NCBI GenBank assembly: GCA_002269645.1 | Contig: NIVC01000757.1 | Location: forward strand, 272,298 to 336,297 | From: Macrostomum lignano | Taxonomy: Eukaryota | Reading direction: 5' to 3' | Length of the DNA: 64,000 bases | In this document: in pieces, positions 1-11,900 of the stretch | Position numbering within the stretch: the stretch's first letter is position 1 | Layout: every line of letters begins with the position of its first letter | The notes under the pieces: generated by a model | What the model was told of the DNA's origin: nothing | Seen by the model: only the letters and a program-made list of their open reading frames with translations | Databases searched by the model: none | Program-made: the position numbers and the translations under genes

Positions 1-445
1 TGCAGGATTGTACAGGACAAAGATAAGGATGAAGATAGTGGCAGATATGAGTGCAGGATTGTACAGGACACAGATAAGGATGAAGATAGTGGCAGATATG
101 AGTGCAGGATTGTACAGGACACAGATAAGGATAAAGATAGTGGCAGATATGAGTGGATTGTACAGGACACAGATAAGGATAAAGATAGTGGCAGATATGA
201 GTGCAGGATTGTACAGGACACAGATAAGGATAAAGATAGTGGCAGATATGAGTGCAGGATTGTACAGGACACAGATAAGGATAAAGATAGTGGCAGATAT
301 GAGTGCAGGATTGTACAGGACAAAGATAAGGATGAAGATAGTGGCAGATATGAGTGCAGGATTGTACAGGACACAGATAAGGATAAAGATAGTGGCAGAT
401 ATGAGTGCAGGATTGTACAGGGAACAGATAAGGATAAAGATAGTG
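1..445. repeat. 51-bp minisatellite (TGCAGGATTGTACAGGACACAGATAAGGATAAAGATAGTGGCAGATATGAG), about 8.7 copies, truncated by the window start
   Basis: Direct tandem periodicity of 51 nt; explains the 17-aa repeat ORF 8..574. Confidence 0.95.
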
Positions 446-979
446 ACGAACAGAAAAGCAGGAATCGATGCTATTCGTCTTAACAACCAGTTACAGTGTG
501 ACTATGCAATATTGCGTGACACCATAGGGCAAGCAGGAAAGATGTTAATAAAATTTCACAATAGAAAATGTTAGAGGCAAAGAAATTAAAGGCGACACCT
601 GACGCGGACACAAAGTCAGTTAGCTGCAGTCTACAGCACAGACTGATCGTGAGGTCAAACATATCTAGGGAAGTCAGTCAAACACATTTCAAGCCCCAAA
701 GCGCTAGCAGAAAAATTTCTTAACAGTCAGCTGGGGGGATTTCTGCGTTTCAACAAACGTAAACAGCTTGGTCCCATAGGAAAATTTTCTTCGAAAGTTA
801 CGTAACACTCGATTTGGGTAATAGACTGGGTTGATGAAAAAATCTTTTTTAGCCCGTCATTAGGCCCGGCATTAGGGACAATCCAGCAGTTTGAAAATGT
901 AGCTGGATTATAAATTTACAGGTAGATTTTTGGAGTCGCTGGGTTATTTATTTCTTGGCAAAAACGGCAAAATCACTAC

Positions 980-1500
980 AAAAGATTGAAGGGATCTTTG
1001 GTGGGATTGTAGGGATCTGTGGTGGGATTGTAAGGATCTGTGGTGGGATTTTAGGGATCTTTGATGGGATTGTAGGGATCTGTGGCGGGACTGTAGGGAT
1101 GGGATTGATGGAATCTTTGATGGGATTGTAAGGATCATTGGATGGATTGTAGGGATCTATGGCGGGATTGTAGGGATCTTTGGTGGGATTGTAGGGATCT
1201 TTGATGGGATTGTAGGGATCTTTGATGGGATAGTAGGGATCTTTGATGGGATAGTAGGGATCTATGGCGGGATTTTAGTTAGGGATCTATGGCGGGATTG
1301 TAGGGATCTGTGGTAGGATTGTAGGGATCTGTGGTAGGATTGTAGGGATCTGTGGTAGGATTGTAGGGATCTGTGGTAGGATTGTAGGGATCTGTGGTGG
1401 GATTGTAGGGATCTGTGGTAGGATTGTAGGGATCTTTAATGGGATTGTAAGGATCATTGGATGGATTGTAAGGATCTATGGCGGGATTGTAAGGATCTCT
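980..1500. repeat. About 21-bp minisatellite (GGGATTGTAGGGATCTGTGGT)
   Basis: Degenerate tandem copies seen directly. Confidence 0.9.
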
Positions 1501-2324
1501 GCTGGGATTAAAGAGACAGTTGGTGGCCGTTTTCGGAATGTTAAAAAATGTTTTTTAGAATTTCCCTAAAAACTGGATACTATATACAAATTTATTTTTT
1601 GTTTTAGAGGTCGAAAAAAAGTCCTTCAAGCCCTTTAACAAGACAGGCGGTTCCTCATGCCTGGGCAATAAATATTCAGATGGATGGATGGATAGATTAT
1701 CGAGCCTGCTAATCCCTCTACCTAAGCAGATGTACAAGTTTTTCCACATTTTTAGACAGCTGAACCGGGCGAGAGGAAAACAGCCCCCTAAACCCATGAA
1801 ACGGTTTAGTTTCAAGTTTAAACAAGCCCCACACAGCGGGCTACTAGCAAGGTCTGAACTGAGTGGATGGATGGATTGGCTTCACCCGGACTTTCCCCCC
1901 ATCCTCTGGTTTTCGGTGCAGCACGGCACACGGAAGCTGGATTCAGGGTGGAACATATCCATTTGGGTGCAATGTCCGCCACTCCTCATTCTCCCAACCC
2001 CCCTCCAAGTCGGTGGCTCGAACCTCGGCGACTGAAACGGCGTGGCGCCCCAAGGCTTAGACGGAGAGCTGATATTTCAAGCCAGGCCCCGCGCCATCAG
2101 AGATGCACTTTTTTGATAGGCTGCCGCTATAGGCAGCTTCTTTACATTTAGATAGAAGTTTTTCTAATCGGCGGAGCTTACAGAGCTCGGGCTGGCTTAA
2201 TATATAAATATAAATGCAGTCATTTCTTGCAAACATAATAAACATAACACCACCGTCACTTGAAGCTTTGGAATAGATGCTAAAGTAAGCTGAAGGGGGA
2301 CTTAAGGAATTGGGTGCAAAGCGA

Positions 2325-3032
2325 TGGCCCAGCAACTGAGGATCTGGGAGGCTGGCCCAGCAACTGAGGATCTGAGAGGCTGGCCCAACAACTGAGCATC
2401 TGGGAGGCTGGCCCAGCAACTGAGCATCTGGGAGGCTGGCCCAGCAACTGAGCATCTGGGAGGCTGGCCCAGCAACTGAGGATCTGGAAGGCTGGCCCAG
2501 CAACTGAGGATCTGGGAGGCTGGCCCAGCAACTGAGGATCTGAGAGGCTGGCCCAACAACTGAGGATCTGAGAGGCTGGCCTAACAACTGAGGATTTGGG
2601 AGGCTGGCCCAGCAACTGAGGATCTGGGAGGCTGGCCCAACAACTGAGGATCTGAGAGGCTGGCCCAGCAACTGAGGATCTGAGAGGCTGGCCCAACAAC
2701 TGAGGATCTGGGAGGCTGGCCCAGCAACTGAGGATCTGAGAGGCTGGCCCAGCAACTGAGGATCTGGGAGCCTGGCCCAGCAACTGAGGATTTGAGAGGC
2801 TGGCCCAACAACTGAGGATCTGAGAGGCTGGCCTAACAACTGAGGATTTGGGAGGCTGGCCCAACAACTGAGGATCTGAGAGGCTGGCCTAACAACTGAG
2901 GATTTGGGAGGCTGGCACAGCAACTGAGGATCTGGGAGGCTGGCACAGCAGCTGAGGATCTGGGAGGCTGGCCCACCAACTGAGGATTTGGGAGGCTGGC
3001 CCACCAACTGAGGATTTGGGAGGCTGGCCCAG
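2325..3032. repeat. 28-bp minisatellite (GGCCCAGCAACTGAGGATCTGGGAGGCT), about 25 copies
   Basis: Tandem periodicity; the same unit recurs at 58176..58593. Confidence 0.95.
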
Positions 3033-3089
3033 CTAGATACTCAGCCACAGAACAGTGCAAACCACAGCCCAAATGCAGCGGCAGCTCAC

Positions 3090-5043
3090 AAAGTCGCGGT
3101 CGGCAATAAGATAGAGCTCCATCAGAAACGGTCCCGCTTTTGTGACCACGTGCGGCTCGGGAGGCGAGTCCAGCCTCACTGTGTACTCTGCTGCGCGCTT
3201 TTTACGCTGAAAGTGAATTAAAGACGTGAATATGACTTTGGCGATATGTACTAAAAAAGCTTTCAAGGTGCAACAGCTATAAAAGTACACGCACCAGCAG
3301 TCGTTTGAGTCGATTCGGCAAGAAGTTCAGCATACTTTCCGCTGACAGTGACGGCTCTGAAAAATATTTACATAAGTTTTTAACATGCCCGACGATTAAA
3401 AAGTCAATCAGGGCGCCGAAGACGATGCCCTAAGGTGGCCCACAGGTCTCCTGCAATTATTATTATTATTAAAAACAACTCACGATTCTGGTCGAGTTCG
3501 CTCTCGGCAAGCTTAGCGTAGGCTGAGTCGAGACTGATCCAATCGCTCCGGAGCATAGACTGCGGATAAATATTGATCCTATGCCGCAGCTGTGCCCCAG
3601 TTTCGCCAGCTGACATCGGATAGATGTAGCCGCTGTGTGTTGAGTTGATTGGCAGAAATCCTCTGTAAAATAAGTTTATTTCAATTGAGTGAATTCGATT
3701 GTTGAGTAGAGCTTTGCGTTCTAGTTCACTGATACTACTACAGGAAGTTACAGATACACATACTTCCTATATCTATTAAATATAGGCTATTTCAATAACT
3801 GAGGCTTAAAAGAACAATGAATATAGCCTGTTACAAAGCTCCTGGGGTTGCAAAAACAAGCAACAGAGATTTTAGACTCCGACCGAGCCAGCCGGTTGGC
3901 GAGGGGACCACCCAAGGTAGGTTGCAAAAATGCCCACCCAAAGACTGTATTACTAACTAGATGACGAGGCATTTAGCCCTAATAATACAGTGATAGTTAC
4001 TCCTGCCGTTTACCCAAACTTACGATATCTTGACTTAAGTTACTTTTATAGGTAAGTCGCATTTTGGTCAAAAAGTAAGTGGCACGGCCGGTGTAACTCA
4101 GGAGGGGGTTGCGCATATTTGGTGTGGTTGGGATACTGGCGGCTAAAGTTAAGATGAATATTTTCACTTTTAATGCCAGGGTAGCTCTTAAGTCCCTAGT
4201 GAATGATATAATGACGCCAATAAGGGCCAATTTACAAAGGCAATTTGTACAGTTTAACCGTTGTTTGGCTATTAAAACTGTTACTAAAAACCAGTTACAA
4301 CAAAAAAGAAGCTTACTCCACACTGCTTCCATCATTGCCGCACAATGATATTGAGCCATAAAAGCCAGCAGAGCCAATAAGACTAGCAGAATAGTGACAA
4401 TTGCTGGTGTGATTACTGTGCAATACTCTGTGATTGCCAGCTCGCTGCAGCTGGTCAGTAAGCTTCTGCTGCTGAACAGTGTACACTGGGAAAGACATGG
4501 GCCTGGGAAAGACAAGCAAGGTTAACAAAAATGTACATTGCAGTTATTGTTGATTCTGACTTAATTCAAATAAAAAAATTATTGTATAAATGCCTACTCA
4601 CTTGGACACAGCCAATTTATAAAGGAGCACCTTAGAATGTCTGTCTAAGAGTGGTAGTTGCAATAGTAGGTCTTGATCAGATGCAGTCTACAAGAAAAAA
4701 GACATTGCAAAGTTATCAACCAACAACTAAAAGTAAAATAATGTAAATAACATTAAATACTTTTTAGCAAGATTAAACTTACTGTATGTAGTGCTAGTCT
4801 TTTTAACAAAGATCTAGAGATCACAGATGGTAGAGTGATATGAGACTCTGGTAGGACACTACTGCAACCTAGAAAATAATTATTTTAAAGGTTAAATATT
4901 AACATTTATAGGTAAATATGAGGCAATGAGAAACAGTTGAAGCCACAATACAAGTTATATATCAATAGCAGGAATTACTTACCATACTGATGACAGATAC
5001 ATGCAGTCAATGCAAAATACAATAGTGAATGGCAATGCATCAT
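3090..5043 (-). CDS. ADAM/reprolysin (M12B)-family metalloprotease, 5' part: signal peptide, prodomain, furin site and start of the protease domain; the 3' part was not found in the window
   Basis: Exons 5043-4983, 4868-4783, 4687-4602, 4502-4317, 3662-3484, 3356-3295 and 3206-3090 all have GT-AG sites with matching phases (777 nt, 259 codons). Product: MMHCHSLLYFALTACICHQYG (signal) ... NCHYSASLIGSAGFYGSISLCGNDGSSVEGFLPINSTHSGYIYPM...HRINIY (ADAM prodomain pattern) ... RKKR (furin site) ... ELYLIADRDF (first strand of the reprolysin domain). Confidence 0.75.
3995..4095. mobile_element. Dispersed repeat end (probable DNA-transposon terminus), shared with 60328..60435
   Basis: AGTTACTCCTGCCGTTTACCCAAA ... 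TTTGGTCAAAAAGTAAGT is present at both loci, with the similarity stopping at the same 5' boundary. Confidence 0.55.
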
Positions 5044-5530
5044 TAATAGTTGATATATGAATAATATCAACTGCAGCTAGCCATGAAGTTAAACCATTTT
5101 TTGTTTTAAGATACATATTTAGATAATCAGAAAAAATATAAAAACTGAACAATATTAAAAATATTTTATAAAAATCAACTTAATGAAAAATAAAACAAAC
5201 TATTTAAGGTATAAATATTATAATGATGTCATTTTATAAAAAATAGGCTCTAACTCTATACTCTAGATCATATAAGACATGTCTAAAAATTTGGGCATGC
5301 ATTGACTTCTATAAGGTATGCAGTTAGTATGGCATATGCATTAATTCTAAGAAAACACTATACATACACACCTAGAGTGCATTTAATAAAATCACATGGA
5401 AGGTTAAGTGTTAAGTGAAAAAAGATTGAAAAGCTCATTTTTGTAATTTTAAGCTTTCTGGTTTTTAGGCTTATAATAAGGCATTTAAAAAATGCTTGTC
5501 TATAGTGATTTTCTACTATAAATAATAGGG

Positions 5531-6926
5531 TACTGGACTATTTGTCTACCAGCTATTCATCTGCCAGCAGACGAATAGTCCAAATTGAAAGTTTTAAAAA
5601 AATTTAAGAGGTACTGTGCTAATAAGCAAGAAGATTCTAAAATGTTTTTCACCTATGTTTTACAAACAATTCTATTCTAGAATTTTTTAAAACAAAGAAA
5701 AGGTTGGCTTTGTTAAAAGTTTATAGTTTCTTAGAATTTTTATGGTGGTGGCGCGCGCCACCAGTGTACTGTGATTCATTGCAACATTGCATTGGCATAG
5801 TGTCTTTCATTTGTGTAGATAATAATACAATGGCTTTCATTTTTTATTGTGGTATGGTTTAGAAAAGTGGATAAGACATGTAGGAACTATTGCCTTAGTC
5901 CAGATTGTGTAGTGCTATATTAAAATGACCATAACAAATTGTTACGAACTTTACTATCCTATAAGTTACAACAACATCTGTTGCTAATATGAATTGTTGC
6001 TGAAACATCTGTTGGCTCATTCCATATAAGATGGACATATTTGGAAAATAGAAAAAAGTCAATATTTTTGCTTGCCATTGCCTAATTAGCCTATTTTTTT
6101 ACCAAATTTTTATATTGTGCAATATATACAATCCAAGAATAAAGGAATGGTAAAATGTTGGATTAGTATGTTATTAATTGGCAAAAAGTCATTTTTGTAA
6201 AAATTTGGACATTTTTCGAAGCAAAAGACATCATTAAGATTTTGTACCTTTTAAAAACAAATAGAAAGCTTTTGAAGGTTGAAACAAACTATAGATAAAA
6301 GTATAGTACTTGCATCATCAGATAAAAGCATTGGTGACCAAATAATGTATTATATTTTTAATGTATTAGTACCTCAAAGTTACTGAATTGACAGAAGAAA
6401 TATGTTACGACCATAATGTTACGACCATAAGGCTGCCTTTTCTTTTGTATCTTTGTTGCCTTTTGAGTTTATATATTCTAATAAAAGAGTATGATTTCTA
6501 AAGATGTTCTTAGTCAAATTTTAAAAATGTATTGCAAAATATCAAAAATGAAAAATGTTATAAGACTTTTACCTTTTAGTTTCTATATGTCAAAAATCCT
6601 GTCATTACGACCATAAGTGTCATTTAAGGTTTAATAGCATCTATACTAATGATGATATCTATATGAAACTCTATAAATATATTCTAGACAAAATAATCTT
6701 TCATTTAAAATATTGGTTTAGTATATTCTATTATTAGATTTCATTTTATAAGTAAAAATAACCTGTCATGTTACGACCATGCTTATATGGAATGAGCCTG
6801 TTGTCAAAGTGTCTTGTCACTGAAGTGTCTAGAAACCTATGTTGGTTACCACATCTAGTAGCTATTTGGCACCAGTGTACAAATAGTCTATTGGCCATTT
6901 GCCCAGGGCAGACAAATAGTCTAGCA
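5531..6926. mobile_element. Possible old non-autonomous DNA element, about 1.4 kb
   Basis: TACTGGACTATTTGTCT (5531) and AGACAAATAGTCTAGCA (6910) form a 15/17 inverted repeat; no TSD recognised. Confidence 0.3.
6014..6798. mobile_element. MITE, 785 bp, with 17-bp perfect terminal inverted repeats (TIRs) and a 4-bp TSD (TGTT)
   Basis: GGCTCATTCCATATAAG ... CTTATATGGAATGAGCC, flanked by TGTT at 6010-6013 and 6799-6802; internal repeated GTTACGACCAT motifs. Confidence 0.65.
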
Positions 6927-7558
6927 AACAAAAAGTCCTAGATCCAAATAATATAGCTTAAAGGCAAGAAAAATAAATAATCCATTAAATTATTATCCAA
7001 AAATGATCCATTAAACAATGCAAAAAAGTTCATTAATTTGTTGAAACATAAAAAATATTGCAACATTAGTCTAGATTTAAGATTGTTGGTATGCATTCAA
7101 TTTTTTTGCCATGCATACCTATTCAATTTTTGTTTGGGCATGCACATAGCATGATCTGGAATATGGCTCTAATTTTGACCTAAGTAAGCCTCCTAAGGGC
7201 AAGGCTAAGATAATATATAGATAAAATAGTTGCCATATTTCAAATAGAATTAGGCCCCCTAGTCAAATTTATTTGTTATTTAACAAACATTAAATTTATT
7301 TGTGCTCCATAACTAAATAAGGAAAAGACTTAGCAAAACTAACTATACCATAAGGGGGCTATACATCTTATTATGATTCTTTTTTGTATTTAATTAAGTA
7401 ACATTTGTAGATTTCAACAAACAGTAGGCCTAGCCTAGGCCATATGAGAATATAGTGACTAGATTATAAGTGAGTGCAGTAAAATTGAGGCTTAGTTTTC
7501 ATAATTATTATATGGTACTACAGAAAGAGTTAGGTAAAATAGGCCTATTGTGTTCAAC

Positions 7559-8248
7559 AGCTTCCAGACAGTCCGGCGACAAGACGATCCGGCGATAGAC
7601 AATCTGGCGATAGTCAATCTGGCAACAGACGATCTGGTGACAGTCAATCTGGCAACAAACGATCTGGCTACAAATATAAAATCAATATATATCAGGATAT
7701 ATATGGATTAGTTAAGCTAATATTTGTAGCTTTTTATTATTTTTTAATAATACTATTATTATTATTATATTATTATTATATAATATATATACTAATATTA
7801 TCCATGCAGTATTTGTTACATTAAATTACGGTTATGTGTACATGGTAAAAATAACACGTACAAGTTGCTGTGCAAATAGCAATTTTTTGGTTCTTTGTTG
7901 CAAATACAATATATACAACAATATTGATCATAGTCATAGAAACTTGCTTTCCAAGAAGATTAAATTGATTGATTGTCTTTGAAAATAACATCTTGAAAAT
8001 CAACAGCTACATACAGCTCTAAAAATATAACTGCAACAATTATAGTTAAGGGCCTATGTAATTGTTATTTTAATATTTAAGTATTAAAAATAGGTAATAA
8101 TAAAGAGCTAAAAATAATAGCTCAACTAATCCATATATATGCTGATATACATTGATTTAATATCTGTCGCCGGATCGTCTGTTGCTGGATTGACTGTCGC
8201 TGGATCGTCTGTCGCCGGATCGTCTTGTCGCCGGATTGACTGGATACC
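7559..8248. mobile_element. Mutator (MULE)-like MITE, 690 bp, with long TIRs and a 9-bp TSD
   Basis: GTGTTCAAC at 7550-7558 and 8249-8257; imperfect TIRs of about 200 bp built from ATCCGGCGACAGAC subrepeats. A 9-bp TSD with long TIRs is the MULE signature. Confidence 0.75.
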
Positions 8249-8319
8249 GTGTTCAACTTTTGCTATTTTGTATTTCTGACTGTTTTACTGTAACTGTTTA
8301 TTGAAATTGAAATTGAAAG

Positions 8320-8973
8320 TTTCATGATGACAGCAATGGTTAGCCTTTTACAAATTGTAGTCGTCAACTTTTTCGCCTTAGACGAAACCTTATAACCCTA
8401 AAATTGTCTATTAAGATACAAATAAAGCAATCAAACAAGGATAAGAGTCGGCACGCACTAGTATTTGCCAAACTATAGTGCCAGTGGGCAGTGGTAAACG
8501 GGACTTGCTTTTTATAGAAAATCCTAAAAGTAAATTATTACATTTGTCACGTTAAATAGTAAAACGAATTAGCCTTAAAAGATATAATATAAAAATATAA
8601 AAAAACTTTTTAATTATAAAATCCTACTCTGAGCTTTTTTATATCTAAGTAAAAGCGTATTTTACTATCTTAGTCAAAACTATTGCAAAAGTTCGGTTTC
8701 GTAAAAGGGCACGAATTCTGTTTGGAAACAACGTGAACAGGTAATAAAAGCAAAAAAGCCAGTTGTCAACCAACGCTGCTGTAGTAGGAAACTGCGTTAT
8801 ATTACTTTAAAAATTAAAAAAATGCGTGGAACTATTTTTCAGCGTTTTTGTCTTCGACTTTCGTAACTGTTTTTTAATTGATTAGTGATTGTTTTATAAA
8901 TTGAAAAGGTGTTGGTCTAACAGCCTAGCCTATCCCTGGCCTAGGTAGCCCAGTAAACTTTCTACTATACAAT
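8320..8973. promoter_or_regulatory. CpG-rich island; putative shared (bidirectional) promoter region of PHF14 (+) and the ADAM gene (-)
   Basis: About 20 CpG in about 650 bp, between two multi-kb CpG-poor blocks, directly upstream of the candidate PHF14 first exon. Promoter function is inferred. Confidence 0.45.
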
Positions 8974-11900
8974 ATGGAAAGCAAAGCGGAAAAAACGCAA
9001 GCAATTATTGATGCTATAAGTAAGTCGAATCCTAACAATAAAGTAATGCCAATGGTAGGCCTAATGCAGCACTTTAGTTTATGATAATAGTTGGCCGAGC
9101 CTAGTAATATACAAAATCAAAGATTGAAAGACTGTTTAGGTAGATAATAACATTGTTATGTTTAATATTTTATTTTAAGTATTATGACTGTCTAGGTCTA
9201 TTCCAAATTGGCATATAGCAGTAAATTGTTTTTTTGCCACTTAATTAGTGATACTGATAGGCCCCCCTAAGTCATTGACATTACTTATTCAATTGCAATT
9301 TTAATTTCAATTCAATAAAAAATTGTTAGGTAGTTAAATATTTAAAGTATGTTTTTTTACTTTTATAATTAGTCTTACATTGTAGAATAGGCCTAGTATT
9401 GTCACTAATAGGTCAAATGAGTCGACTTCAAGAAAGCATATATTATTTAAATTAAAACATGCATTTGATTTGCCAATCTTTTTTGATTCTTATCTAGTCT
9501 TAGTTGCAACAACATTTATTGAAGGTAAAATAAGTAGTAGTGCAACTAGAGCCATAGTCCAAATTATGCTGGATGTATACCCGAAAAAAATTGAGTAATT
9601 ACAAATGCATATCATCTTTTTTCTACTTTACAATAATTCTTCTGTATGATTCTATAAAGTGTACACTAGGAGTATATACACACTATTTTCTTAAGAGTGA
9701 TACATACCAACTACACACCTACTGTTGGCATACAAGGCTAATATATGCCTAAGTTTTTTGGGCATAAACTAAATAATCTAGAATGTGGAACTAAAGGGGT
9801 GCAGGTCATTTTGATAACAAGTTGCTTCTATAATAAACATTTTACCTTTTACAGGGCAGGGGTGTTTCTTTTTACTCTATATATTTCAATCCCAATGTTA
9901 AGCCACCAAGTTATAACAAGCATTTTGGCTCTCTCTTTATAAATCCCACTACTGCAACCAAGTTGTTGCAGGTCTATTTCTGTTTTCTAACTATGCCACC
10001 AAAGTTGTCTCTCTATTAAATTCCTACTGCTGACAATAAGGTTATGCTTGGTTTGTATTTTTTTCCTAACTGTTTCTTAGAATCCCATTTAAGATGCTTC
10101 TGGTAGCATTTAATGTATTAGTCTGGTAGCATCTAGTGTATTAATCTGGTAGTGTCTAGTATATTAGTCTGGTAGCATCTAATGTATAGCCTAAGCAGTC
10201 TACTGGTACTTGTACCATTCTTCCTGTCTCTAAGGCGTCACCTGGATCAGAGGGTCACGGCTCTTCTTTCTTGGTATGTTTCTACAAATTCCCTCTGTAT
10301 ATTTCCCCAATCCCTTCTCTTAGTAAGTCTCTGAGCACTTCAATTCTTTAGTTTTACAAATAACTAACTTGGTAAGCATTCAAAGTTTTTTACAAGAACA
10401 AGTCTGGGATATTATTGAGTTTAGCAAACAAACAAGCTAAGAGCAAGTTGGTTTATTTGGGAGCAAATTGGCTTGTATATATAGGGTCTGGGAGGCTATA
10501 TTTATAACAAATTATATTTATCATCAATATTTCATGTAGTAAAACAAAAGGCTAAATTATTTTCTAGTTTGCACGCAGATTCAACATGGCTAATAACCAA
10601 ATATTTTACTTGTATAAATCACAATAATAACTATACTACTATTATATAGATATTTATTAGGCACATAGAAATATAAAAAGAAAAGCCTACAAGAGTAGAG
10701 GCTAGCACATACCTTTGATGAAAAATGAAAGATTCAATGAGTTGGTCATTATAGTGATGAAAGATGCTTCCTTATAGTTATATCAGTCTATTGCTATTTT
10801 GCTAAGATTTATTTTGTATAATTCAAAAACATCCCAAAAGAATTATATTAGTACATTTCATATAAAAATTCTAATTATCAAATTGTTTTGTTTTTGCAGA
10901 TCATTTTTTATTTGTCTTAAAATATTTAGATGTATAAACATAAAAAATCCTTCTCATAAATGCCCACCAAGAAAAGCACCGAATTTTTTTACTTAATTTA
11001 AAAAGCAAACAACTACAAAAGATTGCAACTTAGTTCAATCCAAAACATTTTTATAGAGCATGTCATGCCACTACCAGGAGCCAATCTACATTGGACACTG
11101 TCTGCAATAATAGCCATCAGTTGCAATAGGGTATATCACTTAAGATTGGCAAGATAATTTTCTGCTTGAAACTATTAACAAAAGTCTTTCTTGTTACCAA
11201 AATTATCTGCTTGTCAATGAAGAAACTATAATCTTACCAAAGAGGAAGGTGAGGGGCAATAGCCCCCTTCCTTTAGATGTGGTAAAGTCTAGGCTTACTA
11301 AATAAATTGTTTTATATAATATGAGTAAAAACACTATACTTGGCTTTGACAATTTTCTAATTTTTGATCTTAAAAGATTTTAAAATAAGAATTCAAAATT
11401 GTGTTATTTAGCTTAACTTTAATGAAGATTTTAGTTGGACCTATCTGAAAATATTAGTAGCTAGTGTTTAAAGACTTTTTATATAAAGCATAACACTATA
11501 GTATTCTAGTATAAAAAATAGAAAAGTAGGATAAATGCAAGATAGCATATTTGTGGCCAAGCAAGTGAATGATATGAAATGAATGCACTTAATAGGTTAG
11601 AATATTTGTATTAGGTTTATACCAATGTTTTTATTAAGTGGCATTCATATATTAGAGTCATACATTAGGTCATATTAAAATTTAAGAAAAAAGTAAAATA
11701 TTAAGGTGTTTGGGTTACCTGACATAAACAAAACGTTTTGTCCACGTAAAAAACTGCTTTACTCTACTTAAAGTAGTTTTGCTACGCAAAATCTAACTCG
11801 AAGTTTTTCCTATCCTGCACTACTACGCACTGTAGCTCAACGAGCGCCTGGGAAGCGTCAAATCAAGCTAGTTAGCGCTGTCGACTTTCAATTGTTCGAA

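Noticed and set aside
8-574. Long repeat-derived ORFs (also 2057..3007, 24639..25151, 33648..34703, 34900..35583, 36176..36784, 40440..41394, 46313..47381, 48025..48896, 49334..50050, 58086..58633)
   Set aside because: These are translations of stop-free satellite units, usually open in several frames and on both strands; there is no coding evidence.
2190-2310. Candidate next ADAM exon (several AG acceptors)
   Set aside because: No phase-0 reading gave a convincing reprolysin sequence with a good donor.
3996-4020. WVNGRSN peptide as part of the ADAM prodomain
   Set aside because: The same DNA occurs at 60328 followed by a stop, and it lies inside an ADAM intron; it is a repeat end.
9600-10450. 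Stop-riddled protein-like frames on the - strand in PHF14 intron 1
   Set aside because: Possibly an old TE, but no diagnostic motif was recognised.
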